From Verrucomicrobiota bacterium (lineage in GTDB: Bacteria; Verrucomicrobiota; Verrucomicrobiia; Opitutales; Cerasicoccaceae), in NCBI GenBank assembly GCA_039818205.1, contig JBCBUK010000001.1:416001-480000 (forward strand): 64,000 nt of DNA. Reading direction: 5' to 3'. Both the position numbers and the translations under genes were made by a program. Of the stretch, positions 15,723 through 23,677 are shown piece by piece. The notes beneath the pieces were generated by a model. That model was not told where the DNA came from. It saw only the letters and a program-made list of their open reading frames with translations, and searched no databases. Each line of letters begins with the position of its first letter. The stretch's first letter is position 1.

Positions 15723-17704
15723 CGCCGACCCGGACATTTCATCATCGACACATCGATCTACCCGCCAAGGTTCCAAGCGGGCTGGACCGGTTGCTACACG
15801 ATAGCTACGGGCGAATCAAGCGGCGGGCTACGATCGCTGGTCAGTTGAAGCGAGAAAGCCAGTGGATTCACCGCCGGGCTGACAAGCTTCGCGAACTATC
15901 CTCAGCCCAGTTTCGTGAAGCCTTGGAGGACATGCAGATTCGCTTTCGCCGAGTTCGCCAATGCCCTTCTGCAGCAAGCGAGCGAGAAGCCCTGGCATTG
16001 GTCGCTGTCGCCACCAGCCGAACTTTGGGTTTGGACCCCTACCCCGTCCAGCTAATGGCCGCGCTTAGTCTAATTCGTGGCTACTTGGCCGAGATGTCGA
16101 CCGGTGAAGGCAAAACGCTTTCCAGTGCGTTGGCAGTAAGCGTCCTCGGTTGGCGCGGCAAACCCGTTCATTTATTCACTGCAAATGATTACCTTGCGCA
16201 ACGCGATTGTGAGGAGATGGTGCCACTCTATCAGTTTTGCGGCCTAACAGCGGGTTATGTCGTCGCGGAAATGGAGCCCGATGACAGACGCCCACATTAC
16301 GCTAGCGACATTACCTGCACGACGAGTAAGGAATTGCTCGCAGATTTCCTCCGTGATCGTTTGAAGACTGACTCAATCAACGACACCCGCCGTCTTCTTG
16401 TTCGCGAACTACTGGGCGGCGGTGGCCCGTCCGACCCGCCGGTGACCCGGGGGATTCATACAGCAGTGATCGATGAAGCCGACAGCGTCATGATTGACGA
16501 CGCAGCAACGCCGCTAATCATCAGTCAAAAGTATCGTAATGAAGCCTTCAATGAGTGCTGTGAAATCGCGCATCAGATTGCCAATAATCTCGTTGGAGAC
16601 GACCACTACAGAGTCAACTTTCAGAAGCGGGAAATTCAAATCACCCCCGCCGGCTATGACCTGATCGAAACCCAAGCCGAACAGTTTCCACGCATGTGGC
16701 AAACCTTCGAACGAAGCAACGAACTCGTAAAGCTATCGCTAACGGCCCGAGAGTTTTTTCGTCGCGACAAAGACTACATTATCCAAGACGAAAAGGTCGT
16801 CATTATTGACCCCTCTACCGGACGTCTCAAGAAAGACAGCACCTGGCGCGGTGGCGTCCACCAAGCAATTGAGATCAAAGAAAACTTGCCCATCAGCGAT
16901 CCCGCTCAAACGCTCGCAAGCCTTAGCTTTCAGAGATTCTTTCGACTATTCAAACATCTCTGCGCAACGACGGGAACCGTGGGTACCACCCGCGGAGAAT
17001 TCTGGCATTTCTACAAACTGCCGACGGTTCGAATTCCGACCCACCGACCATGCGTTCGGCGCCAAATGCCCACCCGGTATTTTGGATCGAACGAACGCAA
17101 GTTCGCCGCCATTGTTGACGAAGTAAAAGCATTTCGCTCAGCCGGTCGGCCAATCCTAATCGGAACGTTTTCCGTTGAAGCTAGTGAAGCACTTGCTGGT
17201 CGTCTAGAGGAAGAAGGCTTGCCGTTCGAGCTGATCAACGCAGCCGAACACGATCGCGAAGCCGCAATCATAAAGGACGCTGGCCACCCGGGAAGAATCA
17301 CCTTGGCCACCAACATGGCGGGACGCGGGACCGATATCAAACTCGCTAAGGGCGTCGCGGATTCTGGCGGCCTCCACGTAATTTGTGCTGAAAGAATGGA
17401 AAGCGCACGAGTAGACCGCCAACTCCACGGACGCGCTGGTCGCCAAGGCGACCCGGGGAGCACTCAAACATTTGTCTCGATGGAAGACGACTTGTTGCGC
17501 CAGCAATGCGGATCCAAGATGTGTGGAACCGTTGGGCAGGCGCTCGACAGCTCGGCTCCCGGCGCAAAACTGATTGCGGCACGCCTGACCAATCGAGCTC
17601 AACGTGAAGGCGAAAAGAAAAAACGCAAACAGCGAGAAAGCGTCATGAAGATGGACCATTGGCTCGAAGAATCACTCGCCTTCTCCGGAAGCAGCGGTCT
17701 CTAA
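15719..17704 (+). CDS. Accessory short SecA-like ATPase (SecA_DEAD family, 661 aa)
   Basis: EMSTGEGKT, TANDYLAQRD, DFLRDRL, IDEADS, HQAIEIKE, TNMAGRGTDIKL, RVDRQLHGRAGRQGDPG. Start placed at ATG 15719, which overlaps the upstream TGA (ATGA). Confidence 0.92.
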   Translation: MTPTRTFHHRHIDLPAKVPSGLDRLLHDSYGRIKRRATIAGQLKRESQWIHRRADKLRELSSAQFREALEDMQIRFRRVRQCPSAASEREALALVAVATSRTLGLDPYPVQLMAALSLIRGYLAEMSTGEGKTLSSALAVSVLGWRGKPVHLFTANDYLAQRDCEEMVPLYQFCGLTAGYVVAEMEPDDRRPHYASDITCTTSKELLADFLRDRLKTDSINDTRRLLVRELLGGGGPSDPPVTRGIHTAVIDEADSVMIDDAATPLIISQKYRNEAFNECCEIAHQIANNLVGDDHYRVNFQKREIQITPAGYDLIETQAEQFPRMWQTFERSNELVKLSLTAREFFRRDKDYIIQDEKVVIIDPSTGRLKKDSTWRGGVHQAIEIKENLPISDPAQTLASLSFQRFFRLFKHLCATTGTVGTTRGEFWHFYKLPTVRIPTHRPCVRRQMPTRYFGSNERKFAAIVDEVKAFRSAGRPILIGTFSVEASEALAGRLEEEGLPFELINAAEHDREAAIIKDAGHPGRITLATNMAGRGTDIKLAKGVADSGGLHVICAERMESARVDRQLHGRAGRQGDPGSTQTFVSMEDDLLRQQCGSKMCGTVGQALDSSAPGAKLIAARLTNRAQREGEKKKRKQRESVMKMDHWLEESLAFSGSSGL

Positions 17705-17737
17705 CGATTTCTCGCCAGAACGGACCACTTCGTTAGT

Positions 17738-19591
17738 CTACAGCGCATCCACCACCTGAACGCCGATTTCTTCGAGCAGTGTTCCCGACGCTTCAAAGAG
17801 ATCGACCCGCGACTTGGCTAGATCGTTCAAGACCGTGAGTTCACGCAGGCGCGCGTTCGACAAATCGGTATGAAAGTTCAAGGTGTCGTAGATTGATTTC
17901 TCGCCCGATTCGACCAAGATTTGCTCTTGGTCAATCTCTTGTTCAAAAAGCTCACGAAGCTCCTGCGCATTGGCGAGCCGTCGTTCCTGAAGCTCAATCT
18001 GCTCAAGCGCTGATGTGACCTCGTGCACGATCGTGTTCTCGATACTTGACCGCTCTAACATCAGCCGTCGACGGGCGCTGAGAACTTCGCGGACTCGATT
18101 GTCGGCTTCGACGTTTCCCCATGGACGGGAGAATACAACCCCCACCGAAACTTCCGGAAAGTCTGCCCGTACGGTTTCACCATAACTGCTAAAGGGATTG
18201 TCGGAGATACCGCGGAGGCCAGCCGACGCCACAATATCCAACTGAGGCAATTGCTCATCGCGCGCAGCGGTCAACTCATAGCGACTCCGCTCGATGGCCA
18301 AAGCGGCGCGATGGTAGTCCGGACGCCTCTGCAGTGCGCGGCCAATCAGGTATGACGCATTAAAATCCGGGGTCTCACCAACCACCCAACCCTCGGGCAA
18401 CGCATCCTGCATCGCCTCCCGTTCTGCGCGTCCGGTTGTGAGCAAGAACAACAACGAGCGAGCATCCTCCAAACGTTGCTCGGCTTGAAACAAGTCGTCA
18501 CGGCTCTCCGTAATTCTTGCCTGAATCGCAGCAATATCGCGAATTGATGCTTGTCCGCGTTCTACGTCCCGGCGTTTTTTCGACAGCAATGCCTGGAACA
18601 CGTCGATCTCAACTGCCTGCAATCGCATCTCCTGATAAGCCAAGAGAAAATCGTAGTATATGCGCATTGTTCGAGCGATGATGATGAGTACCTCACCGCG
18701 AAATTCCGTATCGGCAATACGCTTGTTCCGCTGAGCAATACGCAGCGGAGCCAGGTTGGCGTCCGTTCCAAATCCCCGCATCAAGGGCACCGTTAAATCG
18801 AGCCCAAAGAAGCTCTCAAACTCTGGATCAAAAACCGAGCGCTCGTCCTCGCGGGTCAAATCAGTGGTCGAGGCAACAAGCGTGCTTCTTAGGCCATAGG
18901 TCACGCCATAGGGCATGCGTTGCTCAAACTTCAACTCAACGGAACCGACGGATGCGTCAAATGGATTTGAGTTTCCGTTAAGTCCAACAAGGTCTTCAAC
19001 TTGACCGCCCGATGAGATAAACTCTTGAGTGTTCTGAGGCACGCGACTCTCGCGCAGCGTTCCGCTTGTCTCAAAGCGCGGATCAAAGGCACCGAAAGTT
19101 TGGCGCATACGGTAATCCTCAATCTCGATGACACTTCGCTGGATCTGAATATCAAAATTCTCTTCCAAAGCCATCTGAAGTGCCCATTGCAATGGCAACT
19201 TTGGGTAATGAACAGCAGGTCTTTCCGGGTTCGGTAACAGGTCTCGCAGATAAGCTGGACGCAAGTAGCGACGCTCAAACTGCTCCGCATGCAGATTGTC
19301 CAAAAACAACCAACCGCGAGATCCTTCGGACCATTCAGAAAGATATCCAGCCGGGTCCGCTTCTGGAGTAATCCGGGGCGTCATACCCGCCTGCTCTGGT
19401 TCCTCATCGAACAGCTCCGGCTCGACAAAAGGCAACGAATCAGCCGGATTCATTTCAACCGATTCCTCGGCCGGTATCCGGTCATCCCCCCGTCGAAAGT
19501 CGTAGTAACGCTTCTCCGTTGGCGTATCAACCTGCGCAGTCGCGACCGACAACCAAGTTAAAAAGAGGCATCCAATGAATTTGACCCACAT
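17738..19591 (-). CDS. TolC-family outer membrane efflux protein with long N-terminal extension
   Basis: Signal peptide; two OEP-like repeats (ALQMALEENFDIQ, LTVPLMRGFG, ALQRRPDY, LPQLDI), C-terminal LFEASGTLLE. Confidence 0.85.
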   Translation of the reverse strand: MWVKFIGCLFLTWLSVATAQVDTPTEKRYYDFRRGDDRIPAEESVEMNPADSLPFVEPELFDEEPEQAGMTPRITPEADPAGYLSEWSEGSRGWLFLDNLHAEQFERRYLRPAYLRDLLPNPERPAVHYPKLPLQWALQMALEENFDIQIQRSVIEIEDYRMRQTFGAFDPRFETSGTLRESRVPQNTQEFISSGGQVEDLVGLNGNSNPFDASVGSVELKFEQRMPYGVTYGLRSTLVASTTDLTREDERSVFDPEFESFFGLDLTVPLMRGFGTDANLAPLRIAQRNKRIADTEFRGEVLIIIARTMRIYYDFLLAYQEMRLQAVEIDVFQALLSKKRRDVERGQASIRDIAAIQARITESRDDLFQAEQRLEDARSLLFLLTTGRAEREAMQDALPEGWVVGETPDFNASYLIGRALQRRPDYHRAALAIERSRYELTAARDEQLPQLDIVASAGLRGISDNPFSSYGETVRADFPEVSVGVVFSRPWGNVEADNRVREVLSARRRLMLERSSIENTIVHEVTSALEQIELQERRLANAQELRELFEQEIDQEQILVESGEKSIYDTLNFHTDLSNARLRELTVLNDLAKSRVDLFEASGTLLEEIGVQVVDAL

Positions 19592-19620
19592 ACGCGATCG
19601 TTGTTGGGAGCAGGCACAGT

Positions 19621-19660
19621 AGAAAAGTTGAGGGAGAACTCACCGAGAACTCCCCCAACC
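19621..19660 (-). terminator. Probable intrinsic terminator after the 19687-20469 gene
   Basis: Minus strand GTTGGGGGAG...CTCCCTCAAC stem (one G-U pair) followed by TTTTCT. Confidence 0.55.
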
Positions 19661-19686
19661 GATAAAACTGAAGCGGTGTCCAGTGC

Positions 19687-20469
19687 TTACTTGGTTACAC
19701 CAAGACGCTCGGCGAACTCCTTCAATGACTGTGCTTGAGTCGTAATGAAGAACGCTACGGTCAAGATACTGGCGAGGTGCTCGTTCTTGTTGAGTCCTGC
19801 GAAGTCGCCAACTCCGAGCTCACGAACCATGTCGCCGACTTCGGAAGTTACGAACACGCCACCGCCTTGTTGACCAGGCTGGGTCTTCAACTGAACGCTG
19901 CGAAGCTTGATGGTAAGCTTACCGCCAGTAACGTCGTTCTCGCTAACAACGCTGCCCTTGTTCGCCAATGCACGGCGGAGCTGGTAGATGCTCAAGATGT
20001 GCTCTTCTGAAGGAGAAGAGATCGAGTGTTTTTCCTTCAAGTAGCCAATCTTAGAAGGCAGATCCATGCGTGCGAACTCCATGCGCTCGTCTTGCAATGT
20101 CTTTTGGATGTCACCTTGCTGGTTGCCAGCCTTCCAATTGGAAAGAGTCGAAATAGTGCGGCAATCGTCGAGAAACAAAACAAGCACACCGAGAACTTCA
20201 TTCAAAGTCTGCTTGAGCAACCAAGTGTTGTACTCACGCTTGACCGAGGTGTAGTCCATGCGGCTCTTTTGCGAAGGCATTACGCGATTGGCACGAGAGA
20301 AATTCTCATACTCCTGCTCGCTCAGCATACGCTCAGCAGCCAACGAATAATTCATTACATCGTGGACGCGCTGAAGGGCTTCCAAGTAGTTGTTTACAAC
20401 TTCGCCCAGATTGATCTGAGTCGACTTATTTTCTGCTTCAGGCGCTGCAGGGACGGATTCTGATGACAT
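19687..20469 (-). CDS. Hypothetical cytoplasmic protein (about 260 aa), possibly a degenerate HEPN-like fold
   Basis: Long ORF with a helical-looking sequence. Start placed at MSSESVP (ATG 20469); the track extends it to 20511. Confidence 0.75.
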   Translation of the reverse strand: MSSESVPAAPEAENKSTQINLGEVVNNYLEALQRVHDVMNYSLAAERMLSEQEYENFSRANRVMPSQKSRMDYTSVKREYNTWLLKQTLNEVLGVLVLFLDDCRTISTLSNWKAGNQQGDIQKTLQDERMEFARMDLPSKIGYLKEKHSISSPSEEHILSIYQLRRALANKGSVVSENDVTGGKLTIKLRSVQLKTQPGQQGGGVFVTSEVGDMVRELGVGDFAGLNKNEHLASILTVAFFITTQAQSLKEFAERLGVTK

Positions 20470-21052
20470 AGTATTTGGATGTGGTTTGGTTTTACAAGAG
20501 ATCTCTCTCAATAAGAAATCATAGAACAGGGTTACGGACCAAAACCGCTTTTGTTTTAACTAACAATGGTTTTTTTCGAAAAAATTGCGTTACAGGAAAA
20601 TCAAAACCCAAAGATTATTGTTCCTAATAGTTTTGAACAAAAACCATTAAATCCGTAAAGAAACAGCGTTGCAACAAATGAGCTTCGCGATCGCCACCTA
20701 AACGATACCAACGAATCGAAAATGGCACATTAAATAGTCAACCTTTTCACAGAACTAGGAACAATAACCTAGCAGCTTAAATCCCCATGACCGACACCTC
20801 ATAAACAAGAGGAGAGAATCAAGGACAGGTTCGATGTAGACATACGGTATCGACACCGCAGGCCATCGTCGCGAGATAAACGACCAGCCTTCGACAGCGG
20901 GTCAGTAGAAATAACCGAGAAATTTCGATCTGAGCTTATACTCCGCGACTACCGAGGAACAGGTAACGGAATTAAGAAGATCGATCTAGTCGCGAGTAGT
21001 TTGGGAATAAAACGCCAACGTTCCAAGGCACAAGGCATTCGAAATTGGGCAC

Positions 21053-21082
21053 AAAAAAGCAGGCCGGTATCTACCGGCCTGC
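21053..21082 (-). terminator. Intrinsic terminator after the fasciclin gene
   Basis: Perfect stem GCAGGCCGGTA/TACCGGCCTGC followed by T6 on the minus strand. Confidence 0.85.
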
Positions 21083-21104
21083 CAAGAAAGTCTACCAAAT
21101 CCAA

Positions 21105-21656
21105 TTAGCCCTGAGTGGACTCTGGTGGAAGGATCACGGTATCAATTACGTGAATGACGCCATTACCGGTGACGATATCCGTTGCGACAACGTTTGCTCC
21201 GTCAATGGTAACACCGGATTCAGACACCTCAACGGATGCAGACGCACCGTTGGCTGTTGCAACCTTACCGGTTTGAACGTCTGCTGCCATAACCTTACCA
21301 GGAACAACGTGGTAGGTCAGAATTGCAGCGAGCTTGTCTTTGTTCTCTGGCTTCAAGAGACTTTCGACAGTGCCAGCAGGGAGCTTAGCAAATGCTTCGT
21401 CGGTTGGAGCGAACACAGTGTATGGACCTTCGCCTTGAAGAGTCTCAACGAGATCAGCAGCAGCTACTGCAGTCACCAAGGTTTGAAACTTACCCGAAGC
21501 CATCGCGGTTGTGACGATGTCGGTATTTTGAACGCTTTGGGTGAGGTTCTTCGCTTTGCTTGGGCAAGATCCGCAGCTGCCGCAGCTGCCAGCGAATGCT
21601 TGAGTGGATCCGAGGAGCAAACCGCTAATGAGCGTAACTTTAATTATGTTTTTCAT
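21105..21656 (-). CDS. Fasciclin (FAS1) domain protein
   Basis: Signal peptide; [58 protein letters not shown]. Confidence 0.95.
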   Translation of the reverse strand: MKNIIKVTLISGLLLGSTQAFAGSCGSCGSCPSKAKNLTQSVQNTDIVTTAMASGKFQTLVTAVAAADLVETLQGEGPYTVFAPTDEAFAKLPAGTVESLLKPENKDKLAAILTYHVVPGKVMAADVQTGKVATANGASASVEVSESGVTIDGANVVATDIVTGNGVIHVIDTVILPPESTQG

Positions 21657-21799
21657 ATCGATACTGGGTTAAGAGTTCTGGAGTTACGACTAAGACTAAA
21701 TCTCAAAAATGCAAATTGTGGAGCTCATTTTCCTAAAAATGTGCAAAATCGATCATCGGTCATCGTATTGGAAACACTGCAAATTCAGCATTTCCCGTG

Positions 21800-22519
21800 C
21801 TAGACTGGCTGTTCCGCGTCAGGAAACAAGGCGTCTCGAATCGCTGGGCGGATTGCATCGTAGTCATGATCTGGACTCAGTGGCTTCCAACCGACGCCGT
21901 CCAGGTAGAAATCGTAGTTTCTGAATCGGACGGATTCTGGTGTCACGTCATTCATCCCCTCAAACAGCGGTAAACCTTCGCTGAGCAGGTGGGACCCCTT
22001 CGACAGGCTGATAAGGCCCATGACAATCGTTTCGTCATTTGGACCATCAGGAGCCAGGTCGCCGCAGGCGCGCGCCTGCGCCATGATCTCGTAGCAGGTG
22101 CCCATGCATTGCGCTGAGGCTTCCTGCCACCCCAGCTGCTGGGCCTCAGCGGTTTTCTCCCAGAGCGATTTCGTGCGGGCAAGCTGCATTACCTCGAACC
22201 CATTGCAGATATGATGGGCGAGGACTTCATCAGCAATCCCGATCGCACACATACGCTCACGCGGCGGGCCATCATGGGTCAGCGCGCGGGCGAAATACTC
22301 TGCCCGGCGTCTAAAATGGTCGACCGCCACGGCCAGGACGAGATCCTCCTTGTTTTTAAAGTGATTGTAGATCGTGGCTTTCGAATATTCGATCGTCGCG
22401 GCAAGCTCATCCAGGTTAAGCCCCAGATACCCGCCAGCCGCCAACAATCGGTCAGCCTCACGGATAATTAGCTGGGTTCTTTCAGCCCACTCACGTTGTT
22501 TTCGTGTCAGGATACTCAT
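21800..22519 (-). CDS. TetR/AcrR family transcriptional regulator
   Basis: N-terminal HTH: GYLGLNLDELAATIEYSKATIYNHFKNKEDL; divergent from the RND operon. Confidence 0.92.
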   Translation of the reverse strand: MSILTRKQREWAERTQLIIREADRLLAAGGYLGLNLDELAATIEYSKATIYNHFKNKEDLVLAVAVDHFRRRAEYFARALTHDGPPRERMCAIGIADEVLAHHICNGFEVMQLARTKSLWEKTAEAQQLGWQEASAQCMGTCYEIMAQARACGDLAPDGPNDETIVMGLISLSKGSHLLSEGLPLFEGMNDVTPESVRFRNYDFYLDGVGWKPLSPDHDYDAIRPAIRDALFPDAEQPV

Positions 22520-22586
22520 TTAATTTCGAATAAACATTCACGAGAATTGACTATTTTTCAAGTTGTGACTTAAAGTTAAGAAAAAG

Positions 22587-23675
22587 ATGAGAGTTAAACC
22601 ATCACTACTAATAGTCCTGCTGGCCCTATCGGGATGCGGCAAGGCTCCGGAAGCGCCAAACGCTCCCCGGGTTCTCAAGGTGGATACCGGACAAATCGTC
22701 GCTCAAGGCAGTTTGACCCGCGAATCACGCTTTTTTGGCCTCATCGAGCCCCGCCAAACCAGCGAGCTCGCCTTCGAACTTTCCGGAACCGTTGAAGAGA
22801 TATTCACCAACGAGGGCGACGACATCAGAAAAGGTGACCGTCTCGCCCGGCTTGATCACGCACGCCTAGAGGCCAGAATAACTGCGGCCGACGCGGCCGT
22901 CAACGAAGCGGATGCCACCCGCCACCTAGCTGAGATCACTTTTGAGCGACTTGATCGGCTTCTGTTGGAAGATGCGGCCTCCCAGCAAGAACTAGACGAA
23001 GCGCATCAAGCACTGCGCGTGGCACAGGCAACGGTTGACCGCTTGAAGGCAGAAGCTGACGCCCTGCGGGTGGACCTATCCAAAACGACGCTCTACGCGC
23101 CTTACGACGGATCGGTTGTTCGACGTTATGTCGATGAGGGTGCCAGTATTGGTCCCGCCCGAGCAGTCCTGCAAGTCATCGAAAACGAAACTTTGGAAGC
23201 AAGGATCGGCCTAGCTCCCGATGCCGCGCAAGGCCTTGAAGTAGGCGACGAAGTCAATTTGCGCCTACCAGGCAAGCCTCACGAAGCATTCACGGGAAGC
23301 ATTCTCCGACTGATTCCGTTGCGCGAAAGCCGCACGCGAACGGTTGATGTAATTGTCGATATACTGGCTCCCGGAATTCATTTGCATCCCGGTGATGCAG
23401 TTGAGGTTGTCCTCCCGCGGCAAGAAAAAGCACCGGGATTTTGGATTCCTCGAGAATCGCTCACCGAGAACGTTCGTGGTCTTTGGTCGGTGTTCGTTGT
23501 CGACGAAAACGAAGACGGACATCCCGTAGTTTCTCGCGAGCCCGTCGAGATCATCCACTTTGAATCCGACCGAGTCTACGTCCATGGACCATTGGATTCT
23601 GGCGATCAGATTGTTATCTCCGGGATACATCGACTGGCTCCAGGCCAACGCGTTGATCCACAAGTCGGTTCATAG
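22587..23675 (+). CDS. RND efflux periplasmic adaptor subunit (lipoprotein)
   Basis: Lipobox LSGC; LAFELSGTV...EGD, LYAPYDGSV, C-terminal GIHRLAPGQRV. Confidence 0.92.
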   Translation: MRVKPSLLIVLLALSGCGKAPEAPNAPRVLKVDTGQIVAQGSLTRESRFFGLIEPRQTSELAFELSGTVEEIFTNEGDDIRKGDRLARLDHARLEARITAADAAVNEADATRHLAEITFERLDRLLLEDAASQQELDEAHQALRVAQATVDRLKAEADALRVDLSKTTLYAPYDGSVVRRYVDEGASIGPARAVLQVIENETLEARIGLAPDAAQGLEVGDEVNLRLPGKPHEAFTGSILRLIPLRESRTRTVDVIVDILAPGIHLHPGDAVEVVLPRQEKAPGFWIPRESLTENVRGLWSVFVVDENEDGHPVVSREPVEIIHFESDRVYVHGPLDSGDQIVISGIHRLAPGQRVDPQVGS

Positions 23676-23677
23676 CA

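Noticed and set aside
15719..17704. Calling this gene the housekeeping secA
   Set aside because: It is too short, lacks the C-terminal domains and sits in an accessory secretion context
20619..20639. TGTTC...GAACA as a LexA box
   Set aside because: The spacer is 11 nt rather than 4
21045..21803. 252-aa plus-strand ORF
   Set aside because: Antisense to the clear fasciclin gene
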